Shown here piece by piece: positions 54,796-63,569 of a stretch of DNA of 64,000 nt. A model generated the notes under the pieces. The model searched no databases, was not told the origin of the DNA, and was given only the letters and a program-made list of their open reading frames with translations. This stretch comes from an uncultured Bacteroidales bacterium (lineage in GTDB: Bacteria; Bacteroidota; Bacteroidia; Bacteroidales; Paludibacteraceae). The position numbers and the translations under genes are program-made. The DNA is taken from positions 31,492 through 95,491 of the forward strand of contig CAMKDV010000008.1 of NCBI GenBank assembly GCA_946411385.1. The letters are read 5' to 3'. Numbering within the stretch: position 1 is the stretch's first letter; each line of letters opens with the position of its first letter.

Positions 54796-56238
54796 ATGAA
54801 AACTGAAAGGATAATACTGATCGCTCTTTGTACGTTGCTGCTTGTTCCGGCATCGGCACAGGAAGTGACCAAACAGCAGAAAAAAGAGGCAGCAAAATCG
54901 TATCTGAAGCAACACTTCAAGCCGTACGGCTTTATACGTAACTATTTTACGTACGACAGCCGCGAGTGTATAGCCGGAACGGGTGATATGTATTTCTACA
55001 TGCCGAAAGACGAGAACTGGAACAAGACGGACGATGCTTCGTTGCGCGAAGATCTGAATGCGCAGAGCAGCTTTCGCTTTCTGTCGCTCACTACCCGCGT
55101 GGGTCTGAACATCGTGGATTACAAATGGCGTAACACCGAGTTCAGCGGTAAGATCGAGGCGGACTTCTACGCCGGCATCAGCACTGCGTCGGGTCAGACG
55201 CACGCCGTGACCGGTACTGCCCAATTCCGTCTGCGCCAGGCTTATGTAGCGCTGGGCTGGGACAGCCTGCCCATAGCCGGTGGCAAAGATTTGGCTCGTG
55301 TTGATCTGACCGTTGGTCAGACGTGGCACCCGATGGCAGCCGACCTATGCGACGTGATTGCCCTGAACAGCGGCGCACCGTTCGGACCGTTCAACCGTTC
55401 ACCACAAGTACGCATGGATGCCCGTCTGGGCAAACTGTTCACGCTCACGGCTGCCGGACTATGGCAAATGCAGTACAACTCCACCGGACCGCAAGGGCAG
55501 TCGGCAGAATATATACTGTACAGCAAAACGCCGGAAGCTTATCTGGGCCTGTCTATCCATGACAAAGGCTGGCTGTTCCGCGTCGGTGCAGATGTGCTGA
55601 GTATTAGTCCGCGTCACATCGGTGAGGCACTGGATGCGAGTGGCAACACCATTATGGGCACCGACGGCAAGCCCTTGCAGATCAAAGTAAAGGAGAGGAT
55701 CACTACCGCTTCGCCGTTCCTGTACCTGCAATACAAGAAAGGTGAGTTCTCGTTCAAAGCCAAGACCATTCTTGCCCAAGCGGGCGAGCACATGAATATG
55801 AACGGCGGTTATGGCGTGAAAGCCATTAACCCCGATGGTTCCTATTCATATACCCCGACGCGCACTTCATCCTCATGGATCAGCCTGGTGTATGGCGGCA
55901 AGATAGGTGCTCAGGAAGAGAAACATCCGCAAAAGCTGCAAGGCATTCTGTTCGCCGGTTACGTGGAGAACCTCGGCACGAAAGATGCCCTGGCTACCAA
56001 TACTGACGGCAGCCTGGTGGGATTCTACTATCCGCGCGTAAAGAACATGAACCGCATGTGGCGCTTGACTCCTACCCTGCTTTACACAGTTGGTAAGTTC
56101 CAAGTGGGACTGGAGTACGACATCACTTCCGTACATTACAGCGACGGCAAGTTGAACGCTGCAAACGGCCTTTCGCAAAACGGCTTGCATTGGGTAACCA
56201 ACCATCGCGTGCAACTGATGACGAAGTACAACTTCTAA
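54796..56238 (+). CDS. Outer-membrane beta-barrel porin-like protein
   Basis: 480 aa with a signal peptide. Alternating-hydrophobicity strands throughout and C-terminal LMTKYNF (terminal aromatic). Family not identified. Confidence 0.55.
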   Translation: MKTERIILIALCTLLLVPASAQEVTKQQKKEAAKSYLKQHFKPYGFIRNYFTYDSRECIAGTGDMYFYMPKDENWNKTDDASLREDLNAQSSFRFLSLTTRVGLNIVDYKWRNTEFSGKIEADFYAGISTASGQTHAVTGTAQFRLRQAYVALGWDSLPIAGGKDLARVDLTVGQTWHPMAADLCDVIALNSGAPFGPFNRSPQVRMDARLGKLFTLTAAGLWQMQYNSTGPQGQSAEYILYSKTPEAYLGLSIHDKGWLFRVGADVLSISPRHIGEALDASGNTIMGTDGKPLQIKVKERITTASPFLYLQYKKGEFSFKAKTILAQAGEHMNMNGGYGVKAINPDGSYSYTPTRTSSSWISLVYGGKIGAQEEKHPQKLQGILFAGYVENLGTKDALATNTDGSLVGFYYPRVKNMNRMWRLTPTLLYTVGKFQVGLEYDITSVHYSDGKLNAANGLSQNGLHWVTNHRVQLMTKYNF

Positions 56239-56258
56239 TCATTTCATGCCAAAGAATA

Positions 56259-56292
56259 GGCGGTGCGTCACTCGACACACCGCCTGTTTTTT
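56259..56292. terminator. Bidirectional terminator between convergent genes; stem sequence matches the one at 24213-24237
   Basis: GGCGGTGCGTC-actc-GACACACCGCC-TGTTTTTT. Same arms and the same C.A mismatch as the 24.2-kb terminator. Confidence 0.7.
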
Positions 56293-56353
56293 GGAGTCAA
56301 AAATTAGGAACAGGATCTTTCAGTCCAAAATTCCCAAAAACAATCCCAAAAGC

Positions 56354-58375
56354 TTAACGGCTGATTTGGATATATTTCTTTCCGCCACGGATGACTATGC
56401 CGTTATAGCCGGCATCTACGGGTCGGCCGAGCAAGTCGAATGCCTGACCGGACAAGTCATTCTCGTTCGTCAGGCGTATATCCTCGGGATCGGTAGGCAG
56501 AATGCCGTCGTAATCCAGTGTGAGGCTTTGCAGTTTGGGCTGTCCCCACTCCATGACGTTATGTACACGCAAGATATAGTTGCCTGTGGGCACGTTGGTC
56601 AGATCCCAATGCTCCTCGTAAGCAATGCTGCCTTCGTTCCATGTAGCGGCTGTGGTATACTCATCAACGGTCGTGCGGTTGGCATCAAGCAGTTCGAGTT
56701 GCCACGAGTGTCCCGTGCCACCGCCCGTAGCCATGTTCTCGGTTATGATATATTCGCCCGGGTAACGCAGCGTCACTTCCCACTCTGCCCAGCGCGAAGT
56801 GTTCGTGCCGTCCTCAGGGCCGAAATCGAAGTACGAGGTGTTGTACCACGTCATATCCTCGCTATAGGCAGTCACGTTCTCCTTGTTGAGCGTAGCCGGC
56901 AATACAATGCCTTCCTCGGGCTCGGGAGGCGTCTGACCACCGCTGACCGTGACGGAAGCACCGAGATTGTTCATACCGGTCGTAGCATCCCACACGCCCG
57001 TATTGGCAAAGCGTATAGCATAGCGCGCATCGGAAGCCAGTGAGGCATAAGCGTCAGGCATGTACAGGTACAGTTCGTACGTGCCGGAAGGAATAGTAGC
57101 CGGTATGGTGATTTGCTCGTTGATGGTAGTCAGCGCTCCGTTGGGCAACCATCGGCGCGGATCGGAACTGAGGCGTACGGAGTATTTCTTATTGCCATTC
57201 TTGAGTACGATATATGCGTGGCGCTCGTTATATAGCGGAGCATAACCTACGTTGCGCAGACTGATGTTGACCGATAGTTTGCCACCTGCTGCCACCTGAT
57301 CGCCAAAAGTAGCGCTCTGCAGTTGGTAGCGATAGCCCATCCGGCGGTTGAGTTCGTCGAACGTACCGTTGCGGCGCCACATGTCGGTCGTTTGCGTAGC
57401 ATAACCGCTCTGGATGAACGTCCAATGCAGACGACTCATCTCGGCTGTCGTCTTTTCGTAGGTAGCCCAGCGTTTGGCTTTGGTGGTATCGGTGATGTCG
57501 GTTTCGCCGCCTATGGGCACGTATAGCGTCTCCTGTGCCAGCCAGGGTTTCTCGGTAGCTGTATCGGAATAAGTACCCATATTGTCGTAGTCGTAGAGGA
57601 AAGCATCGTTATGCTGTCCCAGACGTGCACGGGCTGTACCGGTGAACGCCTCGGTAGCGGTAAGCGGATTGCTGTCACCTACGTAGCCTTTCTTGAAGAG
57701 CGGCGTACGCAACTGGATCATTCTGTTCTGCGGCACAGCTGCCAAAAGCGCATCCACCACGGCACGACGGCTGCTGTTCATCGTGCTCTGACGGTTGCCG
57801 TAATTATCCGTATAGTACCATTCACCCCACGCTCCTACGATGCCCGCCTGGAAGACGAAGATCACATCCGTATTGGCTGCCCAGTGCGAACTGTACTGGC
57901 TGATATGGCTTTGCGCTATCTCAAGCGGAGCATCTTTGGCAGACTCCACACCGCTCTTCTCGTACGTAGTATTTGTGTAGGAGAAGCGCAGAATGGCTTT
58001 CAGACCTTTGTTGCGCAGTACTTGCATATCCTCGTCAAAGGCATTGAGGATAGCGTCAGGCAGTGTGGCCGTGTTGCGGAAATTATCCAGATAGTAATGG
58101 ACGAGCACGATAGATATGCCATCCCTGCTGATATGCGCATCCAGTGTGCTCTCTTGCCCCTTGACGCAATACGGGCTGCTCGTGCTCAACTTCTTTTCGA
58201 GCATCGTGATAAATCCCCGTTCTGGATTGGAGAAGATGGTGTTGTCGTCAGCGGTGTAGGTGACCGTGGTTGCCGACATGACGGCACTCATGCATAAGGC
58301 TGTCGTTATGCACGCAACGTGAGCCATAAGGCTGTGAATAAACGATTTCATATTATTTGTTGTTTTGTTTTGCAT
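56354..58375 (-). CDS. Exported glycoside-hydrolase-like protein (DUF4874/DUF4832-type TIM-barrel region plus C-terminal beta-sandwich domains)
   Basis: 673 aa. NPERGF near the N-terminus and GAWGEWYYTDNYG. C-terminal end LLGRPVDAGYNGIVIRGGKKYIQISR resembles a classical T9SS-type tail. Alternative ATG at 58351 (MKSFIHSL...) lies 1 nt after the upstream stop. DUF names are from memory. Confidence 0.6.
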   Translation of the reverse strand: MQNKTTNNMKSFIHSLMAHVACITTALCMSAVMSATTVTYTADDNTIFSNPERGFITMLEKKLSTSSPYCVKGQESTLDAHISRDGISIVLVHYYLDNFRNTATLPDAILNAFDEDMQVLRNKGLKAILRFSYTNTTYEKSGVESAKDAPLEIAQSHISQYSSHWAANTDVIFVFQAGIVGAWGEWYYTDNYGNRQSTMNSSRRAVVDALLAAVPQNRMIQLRTPLFKKGYVGDSNPLTATEAFTGTARARLGQHNDAFLYDYDNMGTYSDTATEKPWLAQETLYVPIGGETDITDTTKAKRWATYEKTTAEMSRLHWTFIQSGYATQTTDMWRRNGTFDELNRRMGYRYQLQSATFGDQVAAGGKLSVNISLRNVGYAPLYNERHAYIVLKNGNKKYSVRLSSDPRRWLPNGALTTINEQITIPATIPSGTYELYLYMPDAYASLASDARYAIRFANTGVWDATTGMNNLGASVTVSGGQTPPEPEEGIVLPATLNKENVTAYSEDMTWYNTSYFDFGPEDGTNTSRWAEWEVTLRYPGEYIITENMATGGGTGHSWQLELLDANRTTVDEYTTAATWNEGSIAYEEHWDLTNVPTGNYILRVHNVMEWGQPKLQSLTLDYDGILPTDPEDIRLTNENDLSGQAFDLLGRPVDAGYNGIVIRGGKKYIQISR

Positions 58376-59705
58376 CCAGTTGTATTTCCTGTGTAGATAG
58401 GATATGTTTGCATTCTACGCGTACGTTGTCCGGCTTGGCGGCAGCTTTTATCACGAATGTTTTCTCTTCGCCCGGTAGTAGTCCGCGCAGCGATTCGTTG
58501 GCTTGTACGTCGCCTACGGTAATATATGCGTCTCTGTACAACGGCGCTACGCCGGTGTTGGTAACGGTGATACGGGTGGTTGTGCCGCTCGTCTCGCACG
58601 AGATGACCTCAAACTTGTATCCTGAAGCCAAACCTGCTTCCGTCACACGATTAGGCGTGAAATAATTGCCGTCAGGCGCGTCGTTGCAGATAATGAATGA
58701 CATGTGGTATTTGGCAGCAGCCTGTTCCCACGTTACGCCGTACATGCCGGCGGGATTGAGGAAATTGCGCTGGTCGAAACTGCTGTAATAACTGATCTCT
58801 CCACCGCAAACACCTTTTTTCCATTTGTCCAACCCGCTCCACTGCCAGCATTGTTCGTTCCATCCGTCGCCCTGCGAGATGTCGTGTTGTTTGTGCATGA
58901 ACGAGTCGTCAAACAATCCGCAACTCCAGCGCTTCAATACTTCCTCTCCGCCATACACATCATCTCCGGCATCTATGCTTACCAGCCATGGTATAGCCAT
59001 CCCGTCCTCCAATGCCTTAAACAACGATCGCTGGTACTCTTTGGTCGGGAAATTCTTGCCGAAAACGACCGATGTTCCGTAGGTGTGGTATTCTCCCCAA
59101 TGACCGAATCCTACCTCTACGAAGGCTATCCGTGCATCGTTGTTGTAGCGCTCTGCAACATCGGCATAGAACTGCTTGACAAACCATTGCAGTTCGCTAT
59201 GGCTCCAATCGGGATACCATGTAGGTCCGTCACCGCCCGGGTTGGCAGCGTAGGTCTCGTTGTAATCAGCCATCGCCCGTATATAGTCCGGCACGTAGGT
59301 TGCACCTCGCTCGCTGATACAATTCTCGCGGTTCGACGGATAGCACAGCGGAAAACGCACTACCATCTGATGTCCGCGCGATGAAGCAGCCTGTAGTTTG
59401 TTTTCGAGGTAGGTCCAGTCGTATTGCAACTTGCCGTTGGCCTTACCCGTCACCAGTTTGCACGGCGGGATATATGCGAACTCCAGCGAGATACATTGGC
59501 CGTGCGTGTTGTTCATTGCTGCCGCCTGGTCGTTCCAGAGCACCATGCCCGTCATCGGTTGCAGGTGAGTAATGCGGTTCGTCAGGGTTACTTTTTCGTA
59601 GTTTTCGTCATCACTGTTCTTGCATGAGGCAAAAAGCATCATGCCGCTCACCGAGAGGGCTATCATCAGCCCGAGACTGAGCCATTTTCTCTTGTTTTGT
59701 TTCAT
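58353..59705 (-). CDS. Lipoprotein, glycoside-hydrolase-like (DUF4832-type)
   Basis: 450 aa. Lipobox LFASC, GFGHWGEYH block, C-terminal GYKFEV...VTNTGVAPLYRDAY. Paralogous in layout to 56354-58375. Confidence 0.6.
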   Translation of the reverse strand: MKQNKRKWLSLGLMIALSVSGMMLFASCKNSDDENYEKVTLTNRITHLQPMTGMVLWNDQAAAMNNTHGQCISLEFAYIPPCKLVTGKANGKLQYDWTYLENKLQAASSRGHQMVVRFPLCYPSNRENCISERGATYVPDYIRAMADYNETYAANPGGDGPTWYPDWSHSELQWFVKQFYADVAERYNNDARIAFVEVGFGHWGEYHTYGTSVVFGKNFPTKEYQRSLFKALEDGMAIPWLVSIDAGDDVYGGEEVLKRWSCGLFDDSFMHKQHDISQGDGWNEQCWQWSGLDKWKKGVCGGEISYYSSFDQRNFLNPAGMYGVTWEQAAAKYHMSFIICNDAPDGNYFTPNRVTEAGLASGYKFEVISCETSGTTTRITVTNTGVAPLYRDAYITVGDVQANESLRGLLPGEEKTFVIKAAAKPDNVRVECKHILSTQEIQLDAKQNNK

Positions 59706-59771
59706 AGTGGTATGTTTTTTCTTTGTTTTGTAATATCTGTTATTCGTTTCGTTGTCTGATTGACTTTAATG

Positions 59772-60233
59772 CTAAAAAACAATCTCCATGCCTGTTTTTT
59801 GGGGCTGCATGCCCATGGTTTGGTAGAAGCGCAAGGCTGCTTCGTTGCCTTCCCACACATTCAGGGTGATGTTGTGGCAACCGATAGAGCGGGCATAGTT
59901 GCGAACGTGCTCAAACAAGGCTTTGCCTACATGTTTGCCGCGAGCCGATTCATCTACGCAGATATCGTCGATATACAGCGTTTTGCCGTCTTGCAGCAGC
60001 CTGTCGCCGGTTGTCTCGGTTATCTGGCAGAAAGCGTAACCTTGTACCGTGCCGCTATCGTATACAAAGATAGGCTTGGAGGCATTGTGCAGCAGTTGTA
60101 CCAGATCGTCGGCGCTGTACTTAGTGGTATTGGGTTTGAACAAATCCGGGCGCAAATGGTGATGCACCATATTCACTTGGTGCAACAGATCAATGATGCG
60201 AGGTATATCCTCAATGGCAGCTTGGCGAATCAT
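59772..60233 (-). CDS. GNAT-family N-acetyltransferase
   Basis: 153 aa. Acetyl-CoA binding block ICVDESARGKHVGKALFE. Confidence 0.8.
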   Translation of the reverse strand: MIRQAAIEDIPRIIDLLHQVNMVHHHLRPDLFKPNTTKYSADDLVQLLHNASKPIFVYDSGTVQGYAFCQITETTGDRLLQDGKTLYIDDICVDESARGKHVGKALFEHVRNYARSIGCHNITLNVWEGNEAALRFYQTMGMQPQKTGMEIVF

Positions 60234-60264
60234 AACTTATGCGTTGGTTAATAGTTGTCTATAT

Positions 60265-60741
60265 TTATGGGTTGGTTAACAGTTGTACTATTTGTTCCAG
60301 ATAAAGCCGGTCAGTCTCGTCGAAGGCGGCAAAGTCGGTGCTGTCGATGTCCAATACGGCAATGATGTTACCGCCGGAGAAGACCGGCACAACTATCTCG
60401 CTGTTCGAGGCAGAGGAGCAGGCTATATGTCCGGCAAACTCATGGACGTTCGGCACGATGACTGTCTCTGCACGTTGCCACGCCGTACCGCACACCCCGC
60501 GTCCGAAAGGAATATGCATGCAGGCTACCGGTCCCTGAAACGGACCAAGTACCAATTCCTTTCCGGCAGGTTGGGCATCAGGACTGTCTATTACGCGGTA
60601 GAAGCCTGTCCACCAGAAGCCGAAAGCCTCGTGTAGCGCAGCACAGATGTTCGCCATCTTGGCAATCATGTCCTTTTCTCCCGCCATCAGCGCCTCTATC
60701 TGCGGTAGCAGGGTTTGGTATGTCTCGGATTTGCTTGACAT
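60265..60741 (-). CDS. GAF-domain protein (free-Met-R-sulfoxide reductase / YebR-like)
   Basis: 158 aa. WTGFYRV...LVLGPFQG..AC..I..GRGVCG...VPNVHEFAGHIACS pattern of the small GAF family. Confidence 0.7.
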   Translation of the reverse strand: MSSKSETYQTLLPQIEALMAGEKDMIAKMANICAALHEAFGFWWTGFYRVIDSPDAQPAGKELVLGPFQGPVACMHIPFGRGVCGTAWQRAETVIVPNVHEFAGHIACSSASNSEIVVPVFSGGNIIAVLDIDSTDFAAFDETDRLYLEQIVQLLTNP

Positions 60742-60747
60742 CAGATT

Positions 60748-60785
60748 ATGTGGGTTATAAATTGCAATATCATTTCACTTTTGCG
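60748..60785. repeat. 38-bp direct repeat, copy A (ATGTGGGTTATAAATTGCAATATCATTTCACTTTTGCG)
   Basis: Identical to 62800-62837. In minus-strand sense it is a relic abiEii 3' end (...SEMILQFITHII-TGA) whose stop shares one nt with the GAF gene ATG. Confidence 0.95.
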
Positions 60786-60796
60786 GGGTTTGGTAA

Positions 60797-61903
60797 CTAA
60801 TGGTGATATTTCATGTCTTTGTTATATGTGAAGTGAAACGATGATTTGTCTTTGGAGAACATTTGTCGTTCTAATGCCAAAACAAGTTGAATGTCGAAAT
60901 AGACATATGTCTTTCTGCCATTCTTTGTAATAACGTCAAACATATCATGACCGGAAGTTAGTAATGTTTGCATTCCTACCTGCAAATCCATCACATAATT
61001 CATCAGAGCATATTCATCGGCTACATTTACCACATGAATGGCTGTTTCTTTAGAATCACCATCACCTGTCGCGAATAAAGCTTGGCATAGCTGATGGTAC
61101 ATCCAAATATATCTATTAAATGTAATAGTATCATTTGTTTCGTGAGCAGCAGACATTCTAAAGAGGATGGCGTTAATATCTACGGGTGCTGAAGACAAAT
61201 AATCATCAAGATAAGATGCCAAGCCTTGGTGTCCCTTCTTGTAATAGATGCCATTCAATTCGGTCATATTCAAAGCGCCTGCCAGATAGCCGTAGAATGC
61301 TGAACCATAATAAACGGCTTGTATGTCTTGCATAGATAATGTGGAGTCTGCCACACGGAAACGTTGTAATAGCGCTTCATAGCTTTCCTTACCTATCGTT
61401 TGTATGGATTCGTAATCGGGAATCTGAAATTCACGTTTAGGATACTTGATTTTTCTGACAGGCAAAGCCATACATTTGATGAAACTCATCGTAGTCCACA
61501 CTTTTTCTTTGGAGAAATATAGTCCCCATGCCTCCAATTTGTCATACATCTCTGCCGACCAATAATAGCCGATAGGCTTTTCTTCCCAATTGCCTTGACA
61601 ATCTTTGAATGCTGCAGCCGGAAGAGTAATAGAGTCTCCATTCACACCAATGATGGTATAACCGCTACCATTCCATTTCCATGTGCAGTTATCCACCAAT
61701 TCCTGAAAATGATGCATCCCCGGCATTTCTCTACCGGAGAATTTGTCCACTGTTTCGTTAAAAGTATAAACTCCCGGTTCGTTTTGGTCAGCCCAAAGAG
61801 TGCCACTTGGTAATCCGAGATCAACGTAATGCGTTTCGTCTGCAATAGATGTTGAACAGCACAACAGGAATGCAGCCACAAACAAAAGACTTCTCATTTT
61901 CAT
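60797..61903 (-). CDS. Exported two-domain hypothetical protein (DUF1566/FISUMP-like N-domain, DUF4919-like C-domain), low-GC cassette gene 2
   Basis: 368 aa with a signal peptide. YVDLGLPSGTLWADQN motif. Visibly AT-richer than the flanks. Domain names are from memory. Confidence 0.55.
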   Translation of the reverse strand: MKMRSLLFVAAFLLCCSTSIADETHYVDLGLPSGTLWADQNEPGVYTFNETVDKFSGREMPGMHHFQELVDNCTWKWNGSGYTIIGVNGDSITLPAAAFKDCQGNWEEKPIGYYWSAEMYDKLEAWGLYFSKEKVWTTMSFIKCMALPVRKIKYPKREFQIPDYESIQTIGKESYEALLQRFRVADSTLSMQDIQAVYYGSAFYGYLAGALNMTELNGIYYKKGHQGLASYLDDYLSSAPVDINAILFRMSAAHETNDTITFNRYIWMYHQLCQALFATGDGDSKETAIHVVNVADEYALMNYVMDLQVGMQTLLTSGHDMFDVITKNGRKTYVYFDIQLVLALERQMFSKDKSSFHFTYNKDMKYHH

Positions 61904-61959
61904 AATTTTACACTTTTATAGGTTAGTTCCTTATTTTTTTATCAAAACCATCCACAATT

Positions 61960-62793
61960 TTATTTCCACCAGTTGATGTCGGCTTCGTAGATAGAGTCGT
62001 AATATGCGCATTCCGGATCACCTATCCAACCATGACGATCCCTATCAATATATGTCTTCCAACCATTATCGTAGAACTCATCATAAGGGGAGAAGTCTCC
62101 GCATCCGCCATCTAACCCATTGGATTCGGGGATACGAAAGTCGCCCCAGTTGCAAGTAAGTGTGTCACTGGTATCAAGATAAATCCACTTGCCGGTGTAT
62201 TGGTTGTTGCAATAAGCATCACCGGCATAACTGATGGCGTCGTAAAAAATGCTATCGTTGTGAACAAGGTAATCAAAATACGCCTTTCCTACTATATCAG
62301 CGACATGCTTGTCGTTATGCTTCGCTTGCAGAGTATAATGGGCATAGAGCGTGCCGGAACCGCTAATCTTTATATAGCTATCGTCACTAAATAATGAATC
62401 ACTAAGCGGAACGACCGAATCGACTACCAGATTGCCATTGATGGTACATATCTCGTCTTGGCAGCGCGTTCTACCTTCTATTCGATAAGTATAATCATTC
62501 ACTTTATACACGGTGTCATAATGGATATAGAAGCGTTGAAAATCCGCACCTCTATAGCCTAACGGTTCGGGAAGACAAAACCACCCGTCTTCCATCGGTT
62601 CATTTCCGTAATCTTCTGTCCAACTTTTCTTGAACGAATCACTCCACCACGAATAGACGTCATCCGTAGGAACAGAGTCCGGGAGAATGAGCGAATAGGA
62701 CAGGTCATTGGAAAGGATTCCACGTGGCGTAGAGGTTTTATGGCAAGCCGTCAGGCAAAGACCGACGAGGAGGATGAGGATGAGACGGTTCAT
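61960..62793 (-). CDS. Hypothetical lipoprotein, low-GC cassette gene 1
   Basis: 277 aa. Lipobox LCLTAC. Trp/Tyr/Asp-rich. No family recognised. Confidence 0.55.
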   Translation of the reverse strand: MNRLILILLVGLCLTACHKTSTPRGILSNDLSYSLILPDSVPTDDVYSWWSDSFKKSWTEDYGNEPMEDGWFCLPEPLGYRGADFQRFYIHYDTVYKVNDYTYRIEGRTRCQDEICTINGNLVVDSVVPLSDSLFSDDSYIKISGSGTLYAHYTLQAKHNDKHVADIVGKAYFDYLVHNDSIFYDAISYAGDAYCNNQYTGKWIYLDTSDTLTCNWGDFRIPESNGLDGGCGDFSPYDEFYDNGWKTYIDRDRHGWIGDPECAYYDSIYEADINWWK

Positions 62794-63569
62794 AGGGCGA
62801 TGTGGGTTATAAATTGCAATATCATTTCACTTTTGCGTGTGTCGAAGAGTAGATGCTCAAAGTCGCGCTGTTTAAGTTGCATATTCGTCTTTGCGACAAT
62901 CTCGGTTAGGGCTGCAGTTAGTTGCTCTTTGTCGGCGATACCTTTTTGCTGTTGGAGGAAAGTATAGTCAGGTTCCGTGCGCTGCATAAGGAAGAGCACA
63001 TCGTAGAAATCACGACCTTTCTGACGCGTAAGTAGAGCACAGAGTTTCATGGACAGAAGTACGCTGAGCGGAGGAACAGGAACAGGAAACGAGAATCCGT
63101 TTCGCTGAACAACAGCCATCTCCCGCGGATAGTCGATACCTTGATCTTGCGCCTCGATCTTCATCAGGAAACGTTCCTCGCGATGGCCTGTCAGTTGGAG
63201 GTCGAACAGCAGTTCCGGAAAATATACGTTGCTGCGGAAAGCGGTAAGACGGGCATTCTCTTTATTGCGCAATTCTGCGTTGAGGCCTTGAAGTTGCAGG
63301 TACTTGACTAACTCGTCCGACATTTGCCGGAACTCATCTTCGCTCAATCCTTTGCAATCGAAATCCAAATCTTCAGAGAAACGGTCGATGCCTTGAATAA
63401 GTCGCAAGTTGGTGCCACCGATGAAGATCAATTTCGCAGCATAAGGCGAACGGGCAATCCATTCCAAAGCCAACAACTCCACATATTCTTTGACGATATG
63501 CTTTTGGAAGTTGGCATTCTGCGCTATGTATGGCGGGTAGAAGCCGCGTATATATTCGAGGTCTATCAT
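62790..63569 (-). CDS. AbiEii/AbiGii-family nucleotidyltransferase toxin (type IV TA, DUF1814-like)
   Basis: 259 aa. GGTNLRLIQGIDRFSEDLDFD nucleotidyltransferase motif. Overlaps the upstream antitoxin gene by 4 nt. Confidence 0.8.
   Translation of the reverse strand: MIDLEYIRGFYPPYIAQNANFQKHIVKEYVELLALEWIARSPYAAKLIFIGGTNLRLIQGIDRFSEDLDFDCKGLSEDEFRQMSDELVKYLQLQGLNAELRNKENARLTAFRSNVYFPELLFDLQLTGHREERFLMKIEAQDQGIDYPREMAVVQRNGFSFPVPVPPLSVLLSMKLCALLTRQKGRDFYDVLFLMQRTEPDYTFLQQQKGIADKEQLTAALTEIVAKTNMQLKQRDFEHLLFDTRKSEMILQFITHIAL
62800..62837. repeat. 38-bp direct repeat, copy B (inside the 3' end of abiEii)
   Basis: Identical to 60748-60785. Encodes ...SEMILQFITHI of the intact AbiEii ORF. Confidence 0.95.

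Noticed and set aside
60748-62837. Transposon or IS interpretation of the 38-bp-bounded cassette.
   Set aside because: There is no transposase or integrase ORF and no terminal inverted repeats. A 38-bp duplication is far longer than typical target-site duplications. The mechanism is left open.
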